From: an uncultured Lachnospiraceae bacterium
Lineage (GTDB): Bacteria; Bacillota; Clostridia; Lachnospirales; Lachnospiraceae
NCBI GenBank assembly: GCA_902779355.1
Contig: CACZBF010000002.1
Coordinates: 9,633 to 73,632 of the forward strand
DNA length: 64,000 nucleotides
Reading direction: 5' to 3'
The position numbers and the translations under genes were made by a program. Under the pieces are notes generated by a model. It saw nothing but the letters and a program-made list of their open reading frames with translations, did no database searches and had not been told where the DNA came from. Positions 54,789 to 64,000 of this stretch are shown here, in pieces; position 1 is the stretch's first letter, and the number at the start of each line of letters is the position of its first letter.

Positions 54789-55683
54789 CTACTTTCAGAT
54801 TGATCACCGCGAGGATCGCCACGATGATAAAGACGAAGAACGACATTGCCGACGCGTAGCCGAAGTTGGCAACACCTGTTCCGAACGCGTTGTTATAGAT
54901 GTAATGGGACATCGTCATCGTCGTACCCGCCGGACCGCCGCTGGTCAGATTGACCGACTCGTCAAACAGCTGCAGGGTACCGTTGATGGACATGATGAAT
55001 GTCATGATGATGACCGGACGAAGCAGCGGCACCGTCACGTGCCAGAAAGTTTTCCAACCGTTCGCACCGTCAATCTTTGCCGCTTCATACACGGAGTATT
55101 CGATATTCTGTAAACCGGCCAGATAGAAGACCATGTTGTAGCCTGTCCATCTCCAGACCAGCGCAAGGATGATCACAAACCGTGCCGTCCCTGTCTGTCC
55201 GAGCCAGTTGATATTTTCGTTGATAAGGTGCAGGTTCATCAGGATCGTATTGATGAGCCCCTGCGTCGCAAACAGCGACCGGAAGATCAATGAATAGGAA
55301 ACCAGCGAAACTGCGCAAGGCAGGAAAATGCAGGTCCTGAAAAAGCCGCGGAGCTTCAGGTCTTTGTTGTTGAGAAGCTGCGCAAGAAGAATGGCAACGA
55401 TCAACATGATCGGCACCTGAATGATCAGGTAAAGGAACGTGTTCCCGACCGATGTCATGAAGACCTTGTCCTTAAACATGCGGGTGTAGTTGAAGACCAC
55501 CGGATCCGCCCATTTCATATTGGCGGCGGAGCCTGTCTTGAATGATGTGATGAGCGCCGAAACCATGGGCCAGAAGCTGAAGACGACGATCATGGCGGAC
55601 GCTACGATCAAAAATCCCCAGCCGGCGGCTTTTTGTTTTGCTCCGACTGACATACCGCTCTTTTTCAATTGAGTACCCCCCAT
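54772..55683 (-). CDS. carbohydrate ABC transporter permease (MalF-like)
   Basis: EAA loop YEAAKIDGANGWKTFWHVTVP and 6 TM helices. The start (55683 versus 55653) is uncertain. Confidence 0.85.
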   Translation of the reverse strand: MGGTQLKKSGMSVGAKQKAAGWGFLIVASAMIVVFSFWPMVSALITSFKTGSAANMKWADPVVFNYTRMFKDKVFMTSVGNTFLYLIIQVPIMLIVAILLAQLLNNKDLKLRGFFRTCIFLPCAVSLVSYSLIFRSLFATQGLINTILMNLHLINENINWLGQTGTARFVIILALVWRWTGYNMVFYLAGLQNIEYSVYEAAKIDGANGWKTFWHVTVPLLRPVIIMTFIMSINGTLQLFDESVNLTSGGPAGTTMTMSHYIYNNAFGTGVANFGYASAMSFFVFIIVAILAVINLKVGDTRD

Positions 55684-55773
55684 CCCTTTGATGATAATAG
55701 AAACGTCTTTTGTAAGAACGGGGAACCGGAAAACCGATCCCCCGTTTGTGTCTTACCTATTCGGAAACTCTGA

Positions 55774-57189
55774 TTAGTTCTGGCTTCCTGCGATTTCGAA
55801 CTCAAGCTGTTCCTGAGCGCTTGCGATCTCGTCGTCAATGTTTGCACCGTTGATGATGTTGGTGATCGCATTGCCGACCAGTGTACGCATGTTGTAGTGA
55901 AAATCACTCTGCTGTACGACCGGAACGTTTGCGCCGTTTGCCACGATGTCAGCGTAGATTGCCTGGCCACCGAAGTAGTCCACACCTTCCTGATAAACAC
56001 CGGACTTGCCTGCGGAGATGCAGGTCGTGATCACGCCGCCGTTCTTCAGCGCGTTGTCATAAGTCTCCATGGAGCCTTCGCCGCCGCCGAAGGTGTATGC
56101 AAGGAAATCCTTTGCAAGATCCGGCTTGGTGCAGTTTGCGGTAATGTAAAGAGAAGAACCGCCGTTTGCTGCGTATCCTTCCTTGCCGCCGTCAAGCGTC
56201 GGAAGTGTGGTCAGTGCCCACTTGCCGCTGTTTGCGTCTACCTGCTCGATGGTCGGGATGATCCAGTTGCCGTTCATAACGCCTGCAACCTGATCGCCTA
56301 CGATCGTCTGATCCGTGTAATCAGACCAGCTGTTTGCCAGGATGATGGTGCCGTCCTGTGCGCCCTGTACGATAACTTCGATGATCTTCTTGAAGGTCTC
56401 GTTGCCTACCAGATCCGGAGTCGTGTTGTCTTTCCACTGAGACTTGCCTTCTGCCTGCATGAACATGTACGGAAGGTCATCACCGGAGTGATCCATGGAA
56501 AGAAGTGCCATACCGGTCTTATCCTTGACATCCTTTGCGATCTCAAGCCAACGCTCCCAGGTGATACCGGTCACGTCGTCGATCGTGTAACCGCACTCCT
56601 CAAGGATATCGGTACGATATGCGAATACCGCGGTACCATTATCCACCGGTGCGCCGTAGTGCTTGCCGCCGATGGTGCTGTAGGAAAGCTTCTCTGCGCC
56701 GAAGTCATCCCAGTTGATGTTGGCGCCTTCCAGATCCTGCCATGCATCCGGATAATCCGCAACGAACTTCTGGATGTAGTGATCCTGGAACAGAACGATG
56801 TCCGGCAGAGTGCTGTAGTCGCCAGCGGATGCTGCGAGTGTCACTGCCTGCTCTACATCGGAAGAACCGGACTGGGTAACGATGTTGAGCGTGAAATCCG
56901 GATCTACTGCCTTGTAAGCCTCAGCTGCTGCTTCCAGTGCCGGGATATTGAAGTTTGCATCCCATGCGTAAACGGAGAGCTCATGCTCACCTTCGCTTGC
57001 AACGTCAGCCGTCGGTGCTGCTTCTTCCTCTCCGCCTGCATTTGCATCTGCTGCCGGAGCTGCTGCCTCAGTTGCTGCGGTTGCACCTGCATCTGCTGCG
57101 CCGCCTGCTGCTGCAGTGCCGCCACAGCCGGCGAGCGTGAACGCGCCCATTGCTGCAACCAGAAGAACAGAAACTACTTTTTTCTTCAT
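55774..57189 (-). CDS. extracellular solute-binding lipoprotein (CUT1), probable galacto-oligosaccharide/lactose binding protein
   Basis: MKKKVVSVLLVAAMGAFTLAGCGG lipobox, GGGAGGAAAAAA SD, A/G/E-rich linker. Confidence 0.9.
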   Translation of the reverse strand: MKKKVVSVLLVAAMGAFTLAGCGGTAAAGGAADAGATAATEAAAPAADANAGGEEEAAPTADVASEGEHELSVYAWDANFNIPALEAAAEAYKAVDPDFTLNIVTQSGSSDVEQAVTLAASAGDYSTLPDIVLFQDHYIQKFVADYPDAWQDLEGANINWDDFGAEKLSYSTIGGKHYGAPVDNGTAVFAYRTDILEECGYTIDDVTGITWERWLEIAKDVKDKTGMALLSMDHSGDDLPYMFMQAEGKSQWKDNTTPDLVGNETFKKIIEVIVQGAQDGTIILANSWSDYTDQTIVGDQVAGVMNGNWIIPTIEQVDANSGKWALTTLPTLDGGKEGYAANGGSSLYITANCTKPDLAKDFLAYTFGGGEGSMETYDNALKNGGVITTCISAGKSGVYQEGVDYFGGQAIYADIVANGANVPVVQQSDFHYNMRTLVGNAITNIINGANIDDEIASAQEQLEFEIAGSQN

Positions 57190-57361
57190 ACGTTTTTTCC
57201 TCCCAAAAATGATTGTGCGACGCAGGAAACGGATTTCGCAAAACCAGTGTGTGCATTTTGACCAAAATCACATGCCTTTATCGCGATTACTCTGTCATTT
57301 TAACAAAGTCTTTCGCGCAATTACACCTTGCTTTCAATTAAAAAAGGCGCAAATTCGACCA

Positions 57362-57375
57362 CGAAATCGTTTTCG
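57362..57375. promoter_or_regulatory. cre-like imperfect palindrome CGAAATCGTTTTCG
   Basis: Related to the AAACGTTTTCG core seen at 13027 and 37842/37880. Lies 173 nt upstream of the binding-protein ATG. Confidence 0.3.
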
Positions 57376-57376
57376 A

Positions 57377-58357
57377 TTACCATCCTTCCAAAGGAAGAAC
57401 ATTGTAATCCTGCAAACGACTTTGATAATTCGTCTTCGCACGTTTCCAATGATAAGGGGATGTGTTCATGTATTTCCGAAAGTTCCGGTTGAACGTTGAT
57501 GTGGTGGAAAAGCCGCATTCGGAAGCGACCTGATCCATAGGATAATCGGTTCTGCGCATGAGTTCACAGGCTTTCTGGATTCGCACCAGATTCACATAGT
57601 CCATCGGCGGGAGATTCACATAGTCCACAAACAAGCGACGCATATGCGTTTCCGAAAGACTGCACTGTGCAGCCAGATCCTGCGCCTTGATCTCTGACGC
57701 ATAATTGACATCAATAAAATGCAGGGCGGGTCGAATCTGCGCAATAGACACATTTTCGACCTCTTTCCGCTTCCGTCTCGTCTTCTTTTTTTCTGCTGCC
57801 TCCGCAGCTGCTTTCGCTGCCGCCTCTTTCTCCGCCTCTTTTAAGCGAAGCAGCTCCAGCAGAAAGACCTTCAGAAGGTAGCGCGTCGTCTCCTGATGCG
57901 TGTCACGGCCTTTCCTGAACTCGTCCAGAATCTTTTTGACCGTCAGCGAGATCTCCTGATTCTGCGTCACATCGGAAAGGCTAGGGCTTTCATTGAGCGC
58001 TTCCAGTACAGCAAGCTGCTTTGCGGAATTATCTGGATACATCTCCAGAAGGAGGCTTGCGGGATCGATAAACAGATACTCCCAATAATCCTCCTTTTCC
58101 GAAAACGTGGTGTGCGGGAAATGGGCCGGGATCGCAGAAAGTGCGCCGGTCTCATAGACTGCTTTTTTTTCATCGAGCACGAGGATCCCGTGTCCGTAAT
58201 GGCAATAACCGATCTCAAAGAGGTTGTGGAAATGCAGGTACTTTTCCCCGATCCCGTAAAGGCGCTTCCATTTGTCGCCATACAACGCGAGTGCGCTTTC
58301 GCCCTCCGGGATCTCATAAAAGCGGAATTCGATTGTCTCCCTTTTTTTTCGTGCCAT
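57377..58357 (-). CDS. AraC-family transcriptional regulator (cupin N-terminus, 2x HTH C-terminus)
   Basis: C-terminus LMRRTDYPMDQVASECGFSTTSTFNRNFRKYMNTSPYHW. Unusual internal EAEKEAAAKAAAEAAEKKKTRRKRKE linker. Confidence 0.85.
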   Translation of the reverse strand: MARKKRETIEFRFYEIPEGESALALYGDKWKRLYGIGEKYLHFHNLFEIGYCHYGHGILVLDEKKAVYETGALSAIPAHFPHTTFSEKEDYWEYLFIDPASLLLEMYPDNSAKQLAVLEALNESPSLSDVTQNQEISLTVKKILDEFRKGRDTHQETTRYLLKVFLLELLRLKEAEKEAAAKAAAEAAEKKKTRRKRKEVENVSIAQIRPALHFIDVNYASEIKAQDLAAQCSLSETHMRRLFVDYVNLPPMDYVNLVRIQKACELMRRTDYPMDQVASECGFSTTSTFNRNFRKYMNTSPYHWKRAKTNYQSRLQDYNVLPLEGW

Positions 58358-58375
58358 AGAATCCTTACTGCCGGA

Positions 58376-60070
58376 TCATTCGTTTCCGATCACGGGAATC
58401 TGTGCCAGCGCCGCCGCCTGTGCTGCGGAAAGCTGCGATTTCAGAGAAGCAAGCTGTGCCTCATAATTGACAAGCTGGTCATAATTCGTCACGAGTCCGC
58501 GATTTTCCGGTGACAGATAATTATAGATATTTCTCGCGCGCACCAGTGCCGGCTCGGACGCAAGGCTCACCATACCGCCCACGGAATTGATCGCGCTGAC
58601 TGCCATGGAAGCCATCTGCGCTTCCGATGCGGTCGCCGTGGAATCCATACGGTACACAAAAACAGGTGTGCCGACTTCTACGAGGTCATAGAGCTGCCCC
58701 GCCACAGAATTGGAAAGATTCACACATCCGTGCGAGCCGTTTGTCAGGTAGATGCTGCCGCCAAACGACGAGCGCCAGGTCGCGTCATGCAAGCCCTCTC
58801 CCGCATCAAACGGCATCCAGTAGTTCACATGGGAGCGATAGTTTTCACCTACGAGATCACGATCCGTCTCCTTCGAATAGATCGGATAAACGCCGACGTG
58901 CGTGATCGTGCCTTTTCCGACACATCCCGTCACGCAAGGTGCATCGAGCGCCAGCACGCCGTCCTTGTAGCAGAACATATGCTGCGCGGAAAGATTGACT
59001 TCCACATAAGTGTCGCCGTAATCCTTGTCCCCGCGGGAAGCGCCGCGGTATTCATACATCGGCTCTCTTGTGATGTCCCGTCCCGCCTGTACGTCGGAAA
59101 GGAGCTGCTCCGTCTCGGCCGCCTGATCGATCTTCCAGCCGTAATACACGCTCTGGAAGGTGATGTCCTGATCATAGGAAGTAGAAAAGTCCTTCGGCAC
59201 GCCGTAGGTGTCCGTCTCCTTTGCAAGATCCTCCACATAGCGCGCGATCGCCTGTTTATCCACCTGGATATCATTATTTTCATCCGCCGAAAGCCAGCCC
59301 GCGATCGTCTCTCCCGTGATCGTACGGGTGTCCGGCCCCATATCCAGTGTGATCGTATGCATTGCATAGTTGTTAAGCTTCGAAGCAAGCGTCACGAGTT
59401 TATCATCCTCCGCTGTCACCTGCGGCAGGATATAACAGCCGGCCTTTGTCAGATCCAGCATCGGTGTCATGGTCGAAACAGCATCCGTCACGGCCTGCTC
59501 CATCGCCGCCGTATCGATCGTGCTGCCGTAGTCCTCCGGGAGAACGACAAACCCTTCCTCTGTATAATCGGAAAGCCTTGCATCCTGTGGAGGCAGCATA
59601 TTCTCCGGCTGCATGCAGTCAAGCGCATGGATCGCATCCTCCAGCGCGACGTTATCATAACTCACCATCGTGCCGACAGTCAGCGCATTTCCCTTGAAGA
59701 GCGCTGCCGGCCAGGTAAAACTATTCTGCGCCGCAAGGAGCTCGTCCAGCTCGCCGTGAAAATCCGGTGAAATGGAGATCTCTTCTCCGCTGATCGTCTC
59801 GATCTCTCCGCTGTTGGTCTGGATGGAAAGCGTGTAGGCATGCACCTGATCGCGGATCTCATCCTCCACGGCCGCCGCGTTCTGTCCGCCTGCTTCGATC
59901 CCGTTGATCGTCGTGTTCGGCAAAAAGTGCGTCCGATAATAAAGAGAAAATGCAATGTAAACTGCTGCAATTCCAAGCACTGTGATCAGCAGGATCAGGC
60001 CAAGCACCTTCTTTGCTTTTCCTGTTTGTTTCTGTGTTCTGCTTTTTTTCGTTGTCTGTGTTTCCGCCAT
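58376..60070 (-). CDS. L,D-transpeptidase (YkuD domain) with N-terminal membrane anchor
   Basis: Anchor VLGLILLITVLGIAAVYIAFSLY. Catalytic region HDATWRSSFGG...TNGSHGCVNLS. Confidence 0.85.
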   Translation of the reverse strand: MAETQTTKKSRTQKQTGKAKKVLGLILLITVLGIAAVYIAFSLYYRTHFLPNTTINGIEAGGQNAAAVEDEIRDQVHAYTLSIQTNSGEIETISGEEISISPDFHGELDELLAAQNSFTWPAALFKGNALTVGTMVSYDNVALEDAIHALDCMQPENMLPPQDARLSDYTEEGFVVLPEDYGSTIDTAAMEQAVTDAVSTMTPMLDLTKAGCYILPQVTAEDDKLVTLASKLNNYAMHTITLDMGPDTRTITGETIAGWLSADENNDIQVDKQAIARYVEDLAKETDTYGVPKDFSTSYDQDITFQSVYYGWKIDQAAETEQLLSDVQAGRDITREPMYEYRGASRGDKDYGDTYVEVNLSAQHMFCYKDGVLALDAPCVTGCVGKGTITHVGVYPIYSKETDRDLVGENYRSHVNYWMPFDAGEGLHDATWRSSFGGSIYLTNGSHGCVNLSNSVAGQLYDLVEVGTPVFVYRMDSTATASEAQMASMAVSAINSVGGMVSLASEPALVRARNIYNYLSPENRGLVTNYDQLVNYEAQLASLKSQLSAAQAAALAQIPVIGNE

Positions 60071-60074
60071 CTTA

Positions 60075-61988
60075 TTATTCCAGTCCCTCAATTTCCTGCA
60101 GCCACAGCGCTGCACTCGCATCGCTCGGCATCCTCAGATCTCCGCGCGGGCTGACCGCAACCGATCCGACCTTCGGTCCATCCGGGAGGCAGCTGCGCTT
60201 AAACTGCTGCGCAAAGAACCGCCGTACAAAAACGGTCAGCCACTTTACGATCTCCTTGCGGTCATACGCCCCTTCAAACGCATACTCCGCCATACGAAGG
60301 AGCTTCTTCGGGGAAAATCCGAAACGCAGCATATAATATAAGAAAAAGTCGTGCAATTCATACGGTCCGACCAGATCCTCCGTCTTCTGGCTGATCTTGC
60401 CGTCCTCACCCGGCAGCAGCTCCGGGCTCACCGGCGTATCGAGCACATCCAGCAATACTTTTGCGAGCGTCTCATCGCCGCAGGTATCTGCCACGTAGCG
60501 CACAAGATAACGTACAAGGGTCTTCGGCACTGAACCGTTGACTGCATACATCGACATATGATCCCCATTATAGGTCGCCCATCCGAGCGCCAGTTCCGAA
60601 AGATCGCCCGTGCCGACCACAAGGCCGTTGCACTGATTGCCGACATCCATCAGGATCTGCGTCCGCTCTCTCGCCTGGCTGTTTTCGTATGTCACGTCAT
60701 GATTGTTTGCATCCTGTCCGATATCCGAAAAATGCTGTGTCACCGCATCCCGGATCGGAATCTTCCGGAACTCGGCGCCAACCGATCTGATCAGGCTGAC
60801 CGCATTGTCATAGGTCCGGTCCGTCGTCCCGAAGCCCGGCATCGTGATCGCAATGATATCCGACCGCTTCCATCCGAGCAGGTCAAACGCTCTTGCTGCC
60901 ACGAGCAGCGCCAGCGTGGAATCAAGACCGCCGGAGATCCCGACGATCGCTTTTTGGCAACGTGTGTGTGCCAGCCGCTTTTTGAGCCCCAGTGCCTGGA
61001 TCGACAAAATCTCTTCGCACCGGATCTTCCGTGTCGCTTCATCCGCCGGCACAAAGGGGTTCCTTTCCAGTCTGCGGGTCAGATCCGTTTCCGTCAGGTT
61101 CAGATGGAACGGAACGACCGTCGCTTCTTTCGTCTCGGCTATGCCAAAACAGGTCTGTCTTGCCCGCTCTGCCGAAAGCCGCTTTACATCGATCTCCGTC
61201 AACAACACGCCGTTTGCAAACCGTTTCGACTCTGCGAGCAGGATGCCGTTTTCCGCGATCAGATCATGTCCGCCAAAGACGAGATCCGTCGTGGACTCTC
61301 CTTCTCCCGCACAGGCATAGACATAACCGCAGATCAGACGTGCCGACTGGTTCGTCACAAGCGCCTGCCGATACTCGGACTTCCCGACGATCTCATCGCT
61401 TGCGGAAAGATTGACAATGACAGTCGCACCGCGAAGCGCATGCGTATTGCTGGGCGGGTCGGGCGCAAACAGGTCTTCGCAGATCTCCGCCGCCACCATG
61501 AGTTCCGGCATCTTTGCACAGGAAAAATAAAGGTCTCTGCCGAAGGGCACTTCCGCGCCGCCGAGTGTGATCATCCGGCAGGTTTTGGGTCCGGGCACAA
61601 AATTTCTGGCCTCATAAAACTCTCCGTAATTCGGCAGATGGGTTTTCGGCACGACGCCAAGGATCTGTCCGCGGTTTAATGCCGCTGCCGTATTGTAAAG
61701 GCGTCCTGCGCGCCGGATCGGCAGCCCGACAAAGAGCAGCGCATCCAGATCCTTCGTCTCCGCCGCGATCGTATGCAGCGCTTCTTCCGCTGCACTTAGA
61801 AGTGTATCCTGCAAAAACAGATCGCCGCAGGTATAACCGGTGATCGAAAGCTCCGGTGTCACGATGAGTTTCGCACCACCCACTGCCGCTTCCCGGATAC
61901 CCGCGAGGAGCGCTTCCGTATTTTTCTTTGTATCTGCCACCGTCACATCGGGAGTGACTGCCGCGACCTTTAGAAATCCGTCTTTCAT
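60075..61988 (-). CDS. nadE: glutamine-dependent NAD+ synthetase
   Basis: N-terminal CN-hydrolase domain (LIVTPELSITGY...) plus the PP-loop GISGGLDSTLAL. 637 aa. Confidence 0.9.
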   Translation of the reverse strand: MKDGFLKVAAVTPDVTVADTKKNTEALLAGIREAAVGGAKLIVTPELSITGYTCGDLFLQDTLLSAAEEALHTIAAETKDLDALLFVGLPIRRAGRLYNTAAALNRGQILGVVPKTHLPNYGEFYEARNFVPGPKTCRMITLGGAEVPFGRDLYFSCAKMPELMVAAEICEDLFAPDPPSNTHALRGATVIVNLSASDEIVGKSEYRQALVTNQSARLICGYVYACAGEGESTTDLVFGGHDLIAENGILLAESKRFANGVLLTEIDVKRLSAERARQTCFGIAETKEATVVPFHLNLTETDLTRRLERNPFVPADEATRKIRCEEILSIQALGLKKRLAHTRCQKAIVGISGGLDSTLALLVAARAFDLLGWKRSDIIAITMPGFGTTDRTYDNAVSLIRSVGAEFRKIPIRDAVTQHFSDIGQDANNHDVTYENSQARERTQILMDVGNQCNGLVVGTGDLSELALGWATYNGDHMSMYAVNGSVPKTLVRYLVRYVADTCGDETLAKVLLDVLDTPVSPELLPGEDGKISQKTEDLVGPYELHDFFLYYMLRFGFSPKKLLRMAEYAFEGAYDRKEIVKWLTVFVRRFFAQQFKRSCLPDGPKVGSVAVSPRGDLRMPSDASAALWLQEIEGLE

Positions 61989-62105
61989 ATTGACGCCTCT
62001 TCCTTCTATATCAATGGAAAAAATCTACTATATCTTAGCAGGATTATCTTGCAAAAGCAAGCGCCGCGCTTGATTTCACGGCAGAATGTGCGTATACTTG
62101 ATGCG

Positions 62106-63122
62106 ATGAAAGAGTTTGAACATTATATCCGAAAACGCATACGCCATATCTACCGAAAGTCGCTGATCTTTCCGGTTGTTTTCCTTGTGCTTTTGATCGC
62201 GCTCTATTTCTGGACGAACATCTCGTCCGTGGTTTTTCCGCAGCCGATCGGCACAGCCAGCAACAAGGCTTACGGGACCGTCGATCTGGAAGATCTTCGT
62301 TTCACCGGATACACGGAAACCGTCTTCGGCGCAGTCAACGGCTATTACTACTACACGATCAAAGACAATGCCTGCTACCTTGTCCTGCTCTCTCCGCAAA
62401 CCTGCGAGCAGGGTCTGCCCTTTATTTCCTATGCCATGATCCGCTGCAAACTGACACCGCTGTCGGAGACACAGCAGACTGTTCTTGCTTCGCTCTCCAA
62501 GGATCTCGACTGGACCGAGAGCGGCATCAAAAGCAGTTTTGCCCCGCTCTACTTCAACGAGCCGGACTATCATTACACCGCCACTGTGGTGTTGTTTGTG
62601 CTGATGATCATCTTCGGGGCGCATGCGCTCTATGACATCATCACCGCGCTCCTGTATATCCGCTTCCCGCATATGTCTCCGATGATCCATCCGCTGTCCA
62701 AATTCGGAAACGCAAAGGTGATCTTAGAAAGAGCCGAGGAAGAACTTCTGACGCTTCCCCAGCTTGCTACGGATGACCTTTTTATTACGGAACATTATTT
62801 TATCGGTGTGACGGACCGTACCGTCGCCGTGATCCCGATCCGTGAGATCATCTGGGTGTATAAGCATTCCACCCTGCACAAATTCCTCTGGTATCACTTC
62901 AGCATTTCCTATACCTTAAGCATCACCGCCAGGAAGCATATTTACATCCATTTTCCGAAAAACACCAAGACGGACATCGACGGTATCATAGACTATCTTT
63001 CGGAAGCGAACCACAAGATCCTCGTCGGTTTCTCCGAGGAGAACCGCCTCCAGGTACAGGCGATGCAGGGTACCCCCTTACAGCTCGATAAATTCCTTGC
63101 ATTTTTCAAACGCAGGATCTGA
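62106..63122 (+). CDS. hypothetical two-TM membrane protein (DUF6709-like)
   Basis: MKEFEHYIRKRIRHIYRKSLIFPVVFLVLLIALYFW plus a second TM helix TATVVLFVLMIIFGAHALYDII. The family name is from memory. TTG 62049 is an alternative start. Confidence 0.55.
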   Translation: MKEFEHYIRKRIRHIYRKSLIFPVVFLVLLIALYFWTNISSVVFPQPIGTASNKAYGTVDLEDLRFTGYTETVFGAVNGYYYYTIKDNACYLVLLSPQTCEQGLPFISYAMIRCKLTPLSETQQTVLASLSKDLDWTESGIKSSFAPLYFNEPDYHYTATVVLFVLMIIFGAHALYDIITALLYIRFPHMSPMIHPLSKFGNAKVILERAEEELLTLPQLATDDLFITEHYFIGVTDRTVAVIPIREIIWVYKHSTLHKFLWYHFSISYTLSITARKHIYIHFPKNTKTDIDGIIDYLSEANHKILVGFSEENRLQVQAMQGTPLQLDKFLAFFKRRI

Positions 63123-63136
63123 TGTTTCTTTACAAC

Positions 63137-63175
63137 AAAAGATGCCATGCGCATTTTCGCATGGCACCTTTTGTT
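63137..63175. terminator. bidirectional terminator between convergent genes
   Basis: TGCCATGCG-N6-CGCATGGCA flanked by an A-rich and a T-rich run. Confidence 0.55.
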
Positions 63176-63189
63176 TGTGGATCACTTCC

Positions 63190-64000
63190 TTATTTTTTCC
63201 CGAACAGTCCTTTGAAGAAATTGGAAATGCTCTCTCCCACCGAGCGGAAAAACTCTGTCACGCCGTTCGCTGCACTCGTGGCTTTCTGATAGCCTTCCAC
63301 CATCTGCGTCAACGCCTTCGGATCCAAGTCCAGCTGGTCCAGTTTCATCAGAAGGCTGATGACCTGGCTGCGCTCGGAATCGGAAAGCGTCACGCCATAA
63401 GATTTGCAGGCTTCGTCCACTGCTGTAGAAATGCTCGCTTCGTCATGAAGGTTGTTTTCCTTCATATAATTCTTGAGGTATGCCAGCAGCTGCTCGATCG
63501 TGCTCGGATCCAGATCGGACAGCGCGCCCTCCAGATTACCCGTCACGATCAGCTCGTTTAACGCACCGTCGATCGTGTTCACGTCGATCGTCTTACCGGT
63601 CATGTTTTCATACGCCTTGAAGATCCCGACCAGCGCTGCAGTACCGGAAATATTAGACGGCCCTGCCACGATGATCTTGGCATCCGTGATGCCGGCCGTT
63701 GCGCAGGCGTTCCGATACATACCTTCCGTACAGAAGGAAATGTTCTTGGTCGTGATATCAAGCCCGGATCCCGGCTCTGTCTGATACACCACGACGGAAG
63801 AAAGAGAATGCGTGCCGATCGCGTTCGGATCCACATAGGAATCCAGATATTTATGCTCGTCCGCATTCGTAATGTATGTCACATCATAGTCGCCAAGCTT
63901 CGATGCATCGACCTCGAGGAGCTGCAACACGGTCGCCTGCTGCTCCGGTGTCAAATCCGCGCCAAGCGCCAGATACGGCTTTTTGTCCGCCGCATATAAA
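63190..64000 (-). CDS. DUF1002-domain protein (C-terminal part; 5' end outside the window)
   Basis: The frame stays open to the window edge (..YAADKKPYLALGADLTPEQQATVLQLL..). The repeated helical pattern with a C-terminal amphipathic tail FFKGLFGKK is typical of DUF1002. Confidence 0.7.
   Translation of the reverse strand, partial: LYAADKKPYLALGADLTPEQQATVLQLLEVDASKLGDYDVTYITNADEHKYLDSYVDPNAIGTHSLSSVVVYQTEPGSGLDITTKNISFCTEGMYRNACATAGITDAKIIVAGPSNISGTAALVGIFKAYENMTGKTIDVNTIDGALNELIVTGNLEGALSDLDPSTIEQLLAYLKNYMKENNLHDEASISTAVDEACKSYGVTLSDSERSQVISLLMKLDQLDLDPKALTQMVEGYQKATSAANGVTEFFRSVGESISNFFKGLFGKK

Overview
This 64-kb window looks like chromosome from a Clostridia (Lachnospiraceae-like) Firmicute. 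That placement is inferred from gene families, Shine-Dalgarno (SD) usage and lipoprotein binding proteins. I call about 50 protein genes, all but four on the minus strand. I found no rRNA, tRNA, CRISPR array, transposase or integrase.

Most of the window is carbohydrate utilisation:
- 3.4-15.9 kb: an arabinan / arabino-oligosaccharide locus with GH51, three GH43 and one GH127 enzymes, a CUT1-type ABC importer and a divergent ArsR-type regulator.
- 17.0-23.3 kb: an L-arabinose catabolic operon with an FGGY kinase, split transketolase, araA, araD, a small Cys-rich protein and ridA.
- 32.6-37.7 kb: a ChvE/Ggu-like monosaccharide ABC importer preceded by three cre-like boxes.
- 40.4-47.6 kb: a sugar-sensor operon with a LysM 5'-nucleotidase, an anchored periplasmic-binding-protein (PBP) domain, a histidine kinase, an AraC-type response regulator and a lipoprotein PBP.
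- 48.0-58.4 kb: a lacZ-galK-galT cluster, an ABC importer and an AraC regulator.

Housekeeping genes flank these loci (hisC, an aminotransferase, nadE, an L,D-transpeptidase).

Two regions are not explained by sugar metabolism and are my main candidates for something new:
- A self-contained promoter-to-terminator unit at 23.4-32.5 kb. It encodes a CASTOR/POLLUX-type RCK channel, a clostripain-family lipoprotein 4 nt downstream, and an orphan 1,627-aa helical, E/K/Q/R-rich protein with no domain I can recognise.
- A PAS/class-III nucleotidyl cyclase paired with a tandem cNMP-binding protein that has no output domain (37.9-40.4 kb), joined to the sugar-sensor operon.

All family calls come from motifs read by eye. 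No database search was run.
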